Shown one piece after another: positions 1-11,070 of a stretch of 64,000 nucleotides of DNA. The stretch spans positions 566,865 through 630,864 of the forward strand of contig NW_025766525.1 of the NCBI RefSeq assembly GCF_003918875.1, in the 5' to 3' direction. This stretch comes from Haliotis rubra (taxonomy: Eukaryota). Under the pieces are notes generated by a model that saw only the letters and a list, made by a program, of their open reading frames with translations, did not search any database and had not been told where the DNA came from. The stretch's first letter is position 1. Every line of letters begins with the position of its first letter. The translations under genes and the position numbers were made by a program.

Positions 1-324
1 CTCCACCACCCCCTCTTGGACATCATGCAGCCCCACGTCCCCCTCCAGGACTAGCTCCTCCTCCACCTCCCACTTCTAGCCATCATGAAGCCCCGCCTCC
101 ACCACCTCCCGCTCGTGGACTTTATGCAGTCCTCCCTCCACCATTTCCTCTAGCATTACGTCAGGCAACCCCACCTCTGTCACACCGAAGAGGTGTCGAA
201 AATCACATTCCTCCACCTCCCCCAGATGTCTCCAGGATGTCTCCTCCTTCACAAGTTGATGAAGACAAAAGATCAGGAAGATCAAGAAAATCAACAAGTA
301 GAAGCAGAGATCGTGATTTAGCAG
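1..324 (+). CDS. Partial exon running in from upstream of the window. It encodes a Pro-rich then Arg/Ser-rich segment (PPPPLGHHAAPRPPPGLAPPPPPTSS...DEDKRSGRSRKSTSRSRDRDLAG) and ends at the donor gcaG|gtaaga.
   Basis: The open frame starts at position 3. A strong GTAAGA donor lies at 325. The exon ends in phase 1, which fits the phase of the acceptor at 3781. The minus-strand ORF at 76-297 is the antisense artefact. Confidence 0.45.
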
Positions 325-519
325 GTAAGATAAGAAAATCTGATTTTCAGTGTCAACAGTTTTACAAATCTTGGCATAGAGAGATACCAGGGGTCTTTTT
401 CACAAGTTGATTTTAATCTTAAGCCCCAGATATAACAACATACGACTATTAGCATTATGATGGCCACACGAGCTCTGTTTTAACAATGACTTTTGATTTG
501 CTGTTGACAACAGTATTTG

Positions 520-1512
520 GTAGAGTTGTTCATGCACTGTCAATGCCAATGTTTGATAGGGTCGTTGATGCACCTTCCACACCAGTGTTTGATAGGGTCG
601 TTGATGCACCTACCACTCCAGTGTTTGATAGGGTCGTTGATGCACCTTCCACTCCAGTGTTTGATAGGGTCTTGATGCACCTTCCACACCAGTGTTTGAT
701 AGGGTCGTTGATGCACCTTCCACACCAGTGTTTGATAGGGTCGTTGATGCACCTTCCACACCAGTGTTTGATAGGGTTGTTGATGCACCTTCCACACCAG
801 TGTTTGATAGGGTCGTTGATGCACCTTCCACTCCAGTGTTTGATAGGGTCGTTGATGCACCTTCCACTCGAGTGTTTGATAGGGTCGTTGATGCACCTTC
901 CACTCGAGTGTTTCACAGGGTCATTGATGCACCTTCCACACCAGTGTTTGATAGGGTCGTTGATGCACCTTCCACACCAGTGTTTGATAGGGTTGTTGAT
1001 GCACCTTCCACACCAGTGTTTGATAGGGTCATTGATGCACCTACCACTCCAGTGTTTGATAGGGTCGTTGATGCACCTTCCCCTCCAGTGTTTGATAGGG
1101 TCGTTGATGCACCTTCCACACCAGTGTTTGATAGGGTCGTTGATGTACCTTCCACACCAGTGTTTGATAGGGTCGTTGATGCACCTTCCACTCCAGTGTT
1201 TGATAGGGTCGTTGATGCACCTTCCACAGCAGTGTTTGATAGGGTCGTTGATGCACCTCCCACACCAGAGTTTGATAGGGTCGTTGATGCATTTTCCACG
1301 TCAGTGTTTGATAGGGTCGTTGATGTACCTACCACAGCAGTGTTTGATAGGGTCGTTGATGCACCTTCCACTCCAGTGTTTGATAGGGTCGTTGATGCAC
1401 CTTCCACACCAGTGTTTGATAGGGTCGTTGATGCACCTTCCACACCAGTGTATGACAGGGTCATTGATGCACCTTCCACACCAGTGTTTGATAGGGTCAT
1501 TGATGCTCCGTC
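520..1512. repeat. 36-bp minisatellite (unit tgtttgatagggtcgttgatgcaccttccacaccag), about 27 copies, in the putative intron 1 of gene A.
   Basis: Direct reading shows a 36-bp period. The 12-aa periodic ORFs on both strands (PVFDRVVDAPST) are repeat artefacts. Confidence 0.9.
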
Positions 1513-1639
1513 AATGGAGTGTTTGGTAAGGTTGACTATGAAAAAACACCGTAGTCAAAGTGACCAAGTAATTTTCTGGGATATTAAAGTTCATGTGTGC
1601 ATGTGCTCATTATAACATTTCATTATTTGGTCATCTTCT

Positions 1640-2752
1640 TCCACATACCACATACTGTCTCCAGTACCCCATGCTTGTCAGGTCACACCTGTCTCCAGTA
1701 CCCCATGCTTGTCAGGTCACACCTGTCTCCAGTACCACATACTTGTCAGGTCACACCTGTCTCCAGTACCCCATACTTGTCAGGTCACACCTGTCTCCAG
1801 TACCACATACTTGTCAGGTCACACCTGTCTCCAGTACCCCATGCTTGTCAGGTCACACCTGTCTCCAGTACCCCATGCTTGTCAGGTCACACCTGTCTTC
1901 AGTACCCCATGCTTGTCAGGTCACACCTGTCTCCAGTACCCCATACTTGTCAGGTCACACCTGTCTTCAGTACCCCATGCTTGTCCAGGTCACACCTGTC
2001 TCCAGTACCCCATGCTTGTCAGGTCACACCTGTCTCCAGTACCACATACTTGTCAGGTCACACCTGTCTCCAGTACCCCATGCTTGTCAGGTCACACCTG
2101 TCTCCAGTACCCCATGCTTGTCAGGTCACACCTGTCTCCAGTACCACATGCTTGTCAGGTCACACCTGTCTCCAGTACCCCATGCTTGTCAGGTCACACC
2201 TGTCTCCAGTACCCCATGCTTGTCAGGTCACACCTGTCTCCAGTACCCCATGCTTGTCAGGTCACACCTGTCTCCAGTACCCCATGCTTGTCAGGTCACA
2301 CCTGTCTCCAGTACCTCATGCTTGTCAGGTCACACCTGTCTCCAGTACCTCATGCTTGTCAGGTCACACCTGTCTCCAGTACCCCATGCTTGTCAGGTCA
2401 CACCTGTCTCCAGTACCCCATACTTGTCAGGTCACACCTGTCTCCAGTACCCCATGCTTTTCAGGTCACACCTGTCTCCAGTACCCCATACTTGTCAGGT
2501 CACACCTGTCTCCAGTACCCCATACTTGTCAGGTCACACCTGTCTCCAGTACCCCATGCTTGTCAGGTCACACCTGTCTCCAGTACTCCATACTTGTCAG
2601 GTCACACCTGTCTCCAGTACCCCATGCTTGTCAGGTCACACCTGTCTCCAGTACCCCATGCTTGTCAGGTCACACCTGTCTTCAGTACCCCATGCTTGTC
2701 AGGTTACATCTGTCTCCAGGAGCTTGTCAGGTTACATCTGTCTCTAGTACCC
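1640..2752. repeat. 34-bp minisatellite (unit caggtcacacctgtctccagtaccccatgcttgt), about 32 copies.
   Basis: The period is 34 bp, not a multiple of 3. All three + frames stay open and rotate through the array, which marks this as a satellite artefact rather than coding sequence. Confidence 0.9.
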
Positions 2753-3000
2753 CATGTGAGTCGAGCTAGGAAGTACATTTGTTACCCAAATGGTGAAACA
2801 TAACCAGTGTCATATATATCATATGTGCATATGTGTACATATCACTTTTGCCTAGCAACCGTTGTTTCTGTGTTTCGTTGTGTGTGACATCATTAAATAA
2901 TTGAACTTGATTTAATTTACAGGGCAGTCACACTTGCTTATGGTGTTTTGCTGCATACATTTACATGAATAAAATGATAATAAAGAAAGTATTACACTCA

Positions 3001-3120
3001 CAAGTGTGTCATACGACTTATATGAAACTCATGCAAAATTGTGTATTGCCCTCTTTCACGCTTGGACAATGCAACATATATTTACACACTTGTTTCATTT
3101 AAGTCGTATGACACACTTGC
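3001..3120. repeat. Inverted-repeat hairpin: 28-bp arms (caagtgtgtcatacgacttatatgaaac / gtttcatttaagtcgtatgacacacttg) around a loop of about 56 bp.
   Basis: The arms match at 27 of 28 positions as reverse complements. Confidence 0.7.
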
Positions 3121-3780
3121 TTGTGTAATAATCTCTATCTATGTACTTGTCATCAGTATCCATGTTTACATTTTAATGTTTCTGTTTCTAAAGTGGGAAA
3201 CTCCTATTTGACAGATGGAGCTATTGAATGTACCACCCATAATCTTTACCACTGTGAATCTTTATCCCATTACTTAATATTTACCTTGCCACAGACTTCA
3301 CAAATTTTATAGTGTTATATAATAATAGAGTAATGTAACATTTAATCTATAATAATTATGTATTATGATATATACATTTAACTAACACTTGGTTAATATT
3401 TCTTATTTTACAAAAGTTTGATCATGAATCTTGAATGTAAATATGTTTACCTGAGTGATCTGTCACTCTGTTGTTGCTTAGTGTTCAGACTTTGTTTATC
3501 ATTCTGTCACTGAATTTATGATACAGCATTGGCATCCTGTCATGGCAAAATATTATATTGCAGCCATTTTTGTAAACAAAATAGTAAAGTGCATACAGTG
3601 TAAGGTGTGATGAGTTGATAGTTGTATATTTAATGACATTGCTGTAAGAAATGCTGTATCCATGTCAACTACTGATAATTATCCTTGTTATCGCGATTGT
3701 CCTCATGGTGTAAGGACATTCCATGAATAGTTTGGCAGCCGTCACAGCCTTATAATACCCTGGCGGCTATGTTTCTACAG

Positions 3781-5643
3781 GTGTGGAAGAGGAAGGGAGG
3801 ACATTTCGCTCCAAGAGTGCATCTCTGTTAACAGCAAGAGACCAGGCAGAGGAAGATCTGCTTGGAATGGATGTGGAAATGGCTTCCTCTGTTCATCCTC
3901 CTTCCTCGGTTGCAGGACATGCAACCATTCTACCACAAGGAGAAGTCATTCAAACTGGTATGGCGTTCTACCCAACATCTGCTTCAACGACTTTCTCGTC
4001 TGGGCCAGTAGGGAAATTTAAACATGCTGAAAAATCCTCTTTTGGATCCGGATTTGGTAGTTCAGTGCTACCTGCTTCACAAACAATCCAAGCAGACAGA
4101 CAAGTGGCGACACCTTTTTCAACGGGTTTCTCATTTGGGGCAGTAGATATGTCTAAACATGCTGAAAAATCATCTTTTGGATCTAGATTTGGTAGTTCAG
4201 TGCTACCTGCTTCACAAACTATCCAAGCAGACAGACAAGTGGCGACACCTTCTTCAACGGAGTTTTCATTTGGGGCAGTAGATATGTCTAAACATGCTGA
4301 AAAATCATCTTTTGGATCTGGATTTGGTAGTTCAGTGCTACCTGCTTCACAAACTATCCAAGCAGACAGACAAGTGGCGACACCTTCTTCAACGAGTTTC
4401 TCATTGGGGGCAGTAGATATGTCTAAACATGCTGAAAAACCATCTTTTGGATCTGGATTTGGTAGTTCAGTGCTACCTGCTTCACAAACTATCCAAGCAG
4501 ACAGACAAGTGGCGACACCTTCTTCAACGAGTTTCTCATTGGGGGCAGTAGATATGTCTAAACATGCTGAAAAACCATCTTTTGGATCTGGATTTGGTTG
4601 TAATGTACAGATGCCATTTCACACAGACATCATGAAGCACAATCTGCCAGGATTCCAGGATTCACAGAGCTTCATGTCATCTCTTTCATCAGATGTCATG
4701 CAGCAGCAGCAACAACAACAGCCTCCAGTGAAATCTAATTCCCGGTTTGTAAACAAGCATGCAGATGAACAACTGTATCAGAGTAGTACATTTGGCATGC
4801 AACAACAACAACAGCAACAACAGGCATATCCTTCTGAGGAAAGGAGGCCCCTGTTTGGACAAAGCTATACAAAGGAACAAACATATCAGAGTGGTATGTT
4901 TGGAATGCAAGAGCAACAGCAGCAGCAACAAAAGAGCCCTCCACAACAGATACCCTTTGGTGGACAGCCACTATCATTGGAAGGAGGAAGAGGAGGAGGA
5001 TTTGGAGGACTATCTCGTTTCAATCAGGAATCTTTTAGTGGACAGTCGCTGTCATTTGGAGAAGGGGGACTTGGAGGAGATGGTGTAGGATTCGGAGGAC
5101 TATCTACGTCCCCATCAGACACCTTTTAGTGGACAGTCGCTGTCATTTGGAGGAGCGGGACTTGGAGGAGATGGTGTAGGATTTGGAGGAGCTTTCTCTG
5201 GGAGTCAGATGACACAGGGTTTTACTGCAGGCAAGAGGTCAGAAAAGACTGAAGTAACTCCAGTCAAGTTTTTCAGAGATTGGGAAGTACCAGAGAAACC
5301 AACTACTGGATTTGTTAATCAGAGTGGAATATTCCAGGGGTCTGACCCTTGCATCACCATGTTTCCTACGTTGTCCACTGACCAGGTGATGACTGAACCT
5401 CTAGCTGAGCCGACAAGCAATAAATTCACTCAGGGAGGCTACGGAGGAAAGATGCCATTCAGCTTCCAATCTGGATCTAGCAGTTTGAAGTATGGTGGCA
5501 CCATGGGGATTGTTTCAGGGGATGTGACAAGAAGAGCAACACCACTAGAACTTGGGGGTCATGTGACAGGTGCTGCAGCAGCTCACTATAGGAACCCCTT
5601 ACCTCAGGGCAACATCCAGATGGTCCTCCAGCTGCAGCATCAG
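3781..5643 (+). CDS. Long internal exon of gene A. It carries 5 x 135-bp near-identical coding repeats (KHAEKSSFGSGFGSSVLPASQTIQADRQVATP.STSFS.GAVDMS), poly-Q tracts and Gly-rich GFGG/LGG repeats. A frameshift near 5105-5130 breaks the frame. The exon ends at the donor CAG|gtgagt (5643/5644).
   Basis: The acceptor is ttctacag|gt at 3780/3781. The frame is open 3783-5129, then the +1 frame is open from 5101 to the donor at 5643. The frameshift lies inside a duplicated unit of about 93 bp (5031-5123 vs 5124-5200) that carries a 1-bp length difference. Exon phases at both ends match the neighbouring exons. Confidence 0.6.
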
Positions 5644-5902
5644 GTGAGTGGGAGTACTAACACTTGTCCTTCACTATCCTCTAGTAAATACCATAGAGAC
5701 ATTACAAAAACTTCACCGGACTCTGGTTCAAGTGCTTCAGGTAGCTATTCAATCTGTTTTCTGGAACCAGTAGACTCCCCCCCAAAATGAACCAGAATTT
5801 GTTCTGGACTAAGAGTAATCCCAAATAGAGCAGATGTTATATAACGTAATGTGTCATGTGTATTATGTTTCTCGTGTTCTGTATGATGATGTCTGTTGTC
5901 AG

Positions 5903-6002
5903 GATGGGTCATGGAGATTCTGTAGTGAGCTTGACACAACTCTCTGCATCAGGAGCCTTGACTACAGAGAGATGTTGATGATGGCGGGGCTTCGGTCTCT
6001 AG
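5903..6002 (+). CDS. Exon of gene A (DGSWRFCSELDTTLCIRSLDYREMLMMAGLRSL + G). The acceptor is tgtcag| and the donor is ctaG|gtaatg.
   Basis: Entry is in phase 0, matching the preceding exon. Exit is in phase 1, matching the next exon at 9101. Paralogue B has an equivalent exon at 37513-37612 with about 50% aa identity and the same phases. Confidence 0.7.
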
Positions 6003-6054
6003 GTAATGGTTTCCTCTTACAGAAAACAGTCAAATTTGTAAAACTGATCACTCA

Positions 6055-8495
6055 GTACAATATCACTCTGCTAGTTCATAGTGTGTGTGTTAGAACAGGG
6101 AGGAGATCCTGATATTACTCTGCTAGTTCATAGTGTGTGTGTTAGAACAGGGAGGAGATCCTGATATTACTCTGCTAGTTCATAGTGTGTGTATTAGAAC
6201 AGGGAGGAGAGCCTGATATTACTCTGCTAGTTCATAGTGTGTGTGTTAGAACAGGGAGGAGAGCCTGATATTACTCTGCTAGTTCATAGTGTGTGTGTTA
6301 GAACAGGGAAGAGAGCCTGATATTACTCTGCTAGTTCATAGTGTGTGTGTTAAACAGGGAAGAGAGCCTGATATTACTCTGCTAGTTCATAGTGTGTGTG
6401 TTAGAACAGGGAGGAGAGCCTGATATTACTCTGCTAGTTCATAGTGTGTGTGTTAGAACAGGGAGGAGAGCCTGATATTACTCTGCTAGTTCATAGTATG
6501 TGTGTTAGAACAGGGAGGAGAGCCTGATATTACTCTGCTAGTTCATAGTGTGTGTGTTAGAACAGGGGAGAGAGAGCCTGATATTACTCTGCTAGTTCAT
6601 AGTGTGTGTGTGTTAGAACAGGGAAGAGAGCCTGATATTACTCTGCTAGTTCATAGTGTGTGTGTTAGAACAGGGAGGAGAGCCTGATATTACTCTGCTA
6701 GTTCATAGTATGTGTGTTAGAACAGGGAGGAGAGCCTGATATTACTCTGCTAGTTCATAGTGTGTGTGTTAGAACAGGAAGAGAGCCTGATATTACTCTG
6801 CTAGTTCATAGTGTGTGTGTGTTAGAACAGGGAGGAGAGCCTGATATTACTCTGTTAGTTCATAGTGTGTGTGTTAGAACAGGGAGGAGAGCCTGATATT
6901 ACTCTGCTAGTTCATAGTGTGTGTGTTAGAACAGGGAGAGGGAGAGCCTGATATTACTCTGCTAGTTCATAGTGTGTGTGTTAGAACAGGGAGGAGAGCC
7001 TGATATTACTCTGCTAGTTCATAGTGTGTGTGTGTTAGAACAGGGAGAGAGAGCCTGATATTACTCTGCTAGTTCATAGGGAGGAGAGACTGTGTGTTAG
7101 TGTGTGTGTTAGGGAGGGGAGAGCCTGATATTACTCTGCTAGTTCATAGTGTGTGTGTTAGAACAGGGAAGAGAGCCTGATATTACTCTGCTAGTTCATA
7201 GTGTGTGTGTTAGAACAGGGAGGAGAGCCTGATATTACTCTGCTAGTTCATAGTGTGTGTGTTAGAACAGGGAGGAGAGCCTGATATTACTCTGCTAGTT
7301 CATAGTGTGTGTGTTAGAACAGGGAGGAGAGCCTGATATTACTCTGCTAGTTCATAGTGTGTGTGTTAGAACAGGGAGGAGAGCCTGATATTACTCTGCT
7401 AGTTCATAGTGTGTGTGTTAGAACAGGGAGGAGAGCCTGATATTACTCTGCTAGTTCATAGTGTGTGTGTGTTAGAACAGGGAGGAGAGCCTGATATTAC
7501 TCTGCTAGTTCATAGTGTGTGTGTTAGAACAGGGAGGAGAGCCTGATATTACTCTGCTAGTTCATAGTGTGTGTGTTAGAACAGGGAGGAGAGCCTGATA
7601 TTACTCTGCTAGTTCATAGTGTGTGTGTTAGAACAGGGAGGAGAGCCTGATATTACTCTGCTAGTTCATAGTGTGTGTGTTAGAACAGGGAGGAGAGCCT
7701 GATATTACTCTGCTAGTTCATAGTGTGTGTGTTAGAACAGGGAGGGAGAGCCTGATATTACTCTGCTAGTTCATAGTGTGTGTGTTAGAACAGGGAGGGG
7801 AGAGCCTGATATTACTCTGCTAGTTCATAGTGTGTGTGTTAGAACAGGGGAGAGAGAGCCTGATATTACTCTGCTAGAACAGGGAGGAGAGCCATGCTAG
7901 TTCATAGTGTGTGTGTTAGAACAGGGAGGAGAGCCTGATATTACTCTGCTAGTTCATAGTGTGTGTGTTAGAACAGGGAGGAGAGCCTGATATTACTCTG
8001 CTAGTTCATAGTGTGTGTGTTAGAACAGGGAGGAGAGCCTGATATTACTCTGCTAGTTCATAGTGTGTGTGTGTGTGTGTTAGAACAGGGAGGAGAGCCT
8101 GATATTACTCTGCTAGTTCATAGTGTGTGTGTTAGAACAGGGAGAGAGAGCCTGATATTACTCTGCTAGTTCATAGTGTGTGTGTTAGAACAGGGAGGAG
8201 AGCCTGATATTACTGCTGTTCATAGTGTGTTGTTAGAACAGGGAGGAGATAGTGGTTCATGTGTGTGTTAGAACAGGGCTAGAGAGCCTGATATTACTCT
8301 GCTAGTTCATAGTGTGTGTGTGTTAGAACAGGGAAGAGAGCCTGATATTACTCTGCTAGTTCATAGTGTGTGTGTTAGAACAGGGAAGAGAGCCTGATAT
8401 TACTCTGCTAGTTCATAGTGTGTGTGTTAGAACAGGGAGGAGAGCCTGATATTACTCTGCTAGTTCATAGTGTGTGTGTTAGAACAGGGAGGAGA
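6055..8495. repeat. 52-bp minisatellite (unit cctgatattactctgctagttcatagtgtgtgtgttagaacagggaggagag), about 46 copies, filling the intron between the gene A exons at 6002 and 9101.
   Basis: Direct reading shows a 52-bp period, with variants in the (gt)n and gggag(g)agag segments. Confidence 0.9.
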
Positions 8496-8797
8496 TCCTG
8501 AAGCCATGCATGTCAGAGACATATCCCATGGCTTGTGTGGAACCCACAAGCAGGGGAAGGTACTGGCATGACAGTCTGGTCTTCCTTCCAAACTGGAATA
8601 CTGTTTTTGGTATTTCTAAAACACTTAATTACTCATGCACATTCAAGGACACTTTGTCTTTAGATATGTTGCCATTCCCTCTTTATACTTGGTTCTGACA
8701 AGGTGTCATACCACTGATTCCCATAAGCATGTAGACAGTAGCTGATTGTGTTATTTCAGCTTCTGTATGCTCAACACTATCTTAGTCAATATGGAAC

Positions 8798-8960
8798 AAG
8801 TTTTTATGGATAACAACTTCTTTATTTCTTGAGTGCGACGTTTCGATACAGATTCTTGTACTGTTGTCAAGCAAGAATGTGACTCTTGCTTGACAACAGT
8901 ACAAGAATCTGTATCAAACGTCGTGACTCACGAAATAAAGAAGTTGTTATCCATAAAAAC
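8798..8960. repeat. Long near-perfect palindrome. The arms are about 75 bp (ttttatggataacaacttctttatttcttgag...gtcaagcaag / cttgcttgac...ctcacgaaataaagaagttgttatccataaaa) around a short central loop.
   Basis: The reverse complement of the left arm matches the right arm with few mismatches. It sits in the gene A intron just upstream of the last exon. Confidence 0.8.
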
Positions 8961-9100
8961 CTGTTCCATATTGTACGTCTCAACTTCTAAAATGCCACTC
9001 AAACAAACTATCTTAGTCGGTTGGATTTCTATAAGTTTGGGTAATGATTACATGACCAAGTAAAAAATCTTTCTGAAATTCAGTCTCCAATGTTTTCCAG

Positions 9101-9519
9101 GAACAACTGTCGCAGAAGAAATCCAACGTCTAGTTTCCACCTTGCTGGCTATTCTTGTCATCTTGGAGGCTCTCTGCCCAGAGTTATTTCCCCTGACAGA
9201 TGACAGTTTGCACAAAGACGGTGAAAAGGATTTGGGCAAAATTCTGTCTAGTAAAATTGAGTTAGCAGTCATATCTTGGAAAATAGACGTGGCTGAGATG
9301 TTTTTAGCATTACATCAAGGAATCAAGTTTTGCACTGCGCTGGATGAAAAACACCCACTTGTGTGTAGATCCTTGGAGCTGGCTGATGATTGGCTGTCTG
9401 CAGTGGCGAAGATGTTGGGTGATTTGGGAGAAAGTCAGAAGACAAAGGCGGTGGGAAAAGTCTTTCATCTTCTGTTTCCAGAACTTGAAAAAAACTTTGG
9501 AGAGGAAAAACAAACTTAG
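9101..9519 (+). CDS. Terminal coding exon of gene A (..TTVAEEIQRLVSTLLAILVILEALCPELFPLTDDSLHKDGEKDLGKILSSKIELAVISWKIDVAEMFLALHQGIKFCTALDEKHPLVCRSLELADDWLSAVAKMLGDLGESQKTKAVGKVFHLLFPELEKNFGEEKQT*).
   Basis: The acceptor is tgttttccag| at 9100. The entry phase completes the codon G(gga) carried from the exon ending at 6002. The stop codon is at 9517-9519. A paralogous exon with the shared ILEALCPELFPL block lies at 46036-46289. Confidence 0.7.
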
Positions 9520-10668
9520 AACAAAACCTAGGTTGTGTTAGACTGGTGTATTGGGATATGAAAGATGGTTTTATTATTTTTATTGTACTTTGTATGCTGC
9601 ATAATGGATGGTGTAATCATTTAGGTAAACAAAACTCTATCTAGTGTGTGTTGATGATGAAATACTGGTTGGTCACAGGCACAGATAGTTTGTACAGAAT
9701 CAACATTGTCTTCTTGAAAGCCTTTGTCTGCATATGGAAAATGTGTAACAGAAGCATTCTGATTGTATTGATATGTGATATCATCGGTGCCTAGAGTCAG
9801 TTGGCTTGAGGAGAAGACTAAAGTAAATCATGACATTAATGCGAGCATTTTATTAATGCGAAAAATGTGTCTGTACTCTTCTTGCATTATTATAATGACG
9901 CATTTCAGTCTGACCATGTCTACTTTCGAGGACTTAATGAAAGACAGAAAACATAAATCTCTTGTCGTCTTTATTGTCTTCAGGTTAGCATTCATCATAA
10001 CAATACAGAATATAACAAAGACTTAGACATCTCTGAAAAAATTTATTGACAAATGAGCTCTAATTTCCATGACACTAACTGATATCCATTGAACTTATTC
10101 ATCAGTAAATTATGTAACAATAGCGGAAGTGTTGACACTACACATTACACCAGTACAGGTCACTTCCTCATTACAGGTATCTCAAGCCACATGTAATTTT
10201 CACTGGTTACAATCACTGGTCATTATTTAAAGTCACTCGCACATCAGTCAGACCGGACATTCTCCAACAAGGCAGGATCATTTCAATAGAAGAAGTCTTT
10301 CAAATCGGATTATATGTATAAATGTTGTAGCAAGCAATCATGTGATCAAAGATGGCAGCATAATCAAAACATCGTCAGCTCATTTCCATTTGTGGTTTAA
10401 CAAGCTCAATTCAGGTTATTTGGTAAATAACAAGTGTGAAAAGAAAATGAACAACCTCAAAGATCCAGGATGTCACATTTTATCATCAACACAGATTCCT
10501 GAAAGCTCAAATTAATTTTGTGATGCATTTTAGACTAGACCCTCGCACTCGCATTAATTTCATGATTTACAATATACTGATGGCTAATAATAAAGGAAGT
10601 GTTATGGAGAGTGTGTTGGCTGCGTGTTCTGCTATTGCTTTTTGACCAGTATTTGAGTTACAGCCTCA

Positions 10669-10728
10669 GTCTAACCCTGTTAATCCAGTCTAACCCTGTT
10701 AATCCAGTCTAACCCTGTTAATCCATGC
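10669..10728. repeat. 20-bp x 3 tandem repeat (gtctaaccctgttaatccag).
   Basis: Direct reading. Confidence 0.8.
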
Positions 10729-11070
10729 TTTATGGTGCCTGTTCTTATTTTGTTTTATCATCTTAACATTCCAGCGTATTGACTGTGATACACGTAGCTA
10801 GTGAGGAAATTACATTTATTTTGTTTGAATGACATGAGGTTGCATTATGTTTCTCACTTAATACAATTAAGCAGACCTTCATGATCTATCTCTGACCCTT
10901 ACTTGACCTTTGTGCAGTGTTAAACAGGAGTGAATAAATATATTTACTACATATGTTTGTCGTTCATAGAGTTGCTTGTCATGTTGTACCATGTTTTAAG
11001 TAATATGTGAGATTTCCTGTAAATACAAATTCTTCTCTGTATTTGTCAGTGTAGAGTTCTCCCTGGTGAA

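Noticed and set aside
486-2803. ORFs of 300-390 aa spanning the 36-bp and 34-bp arrays.
   Set aside because: They are periodic translations of minisatellites. The 34-bp array keeps all three frames open, which real coding sequence does not do.
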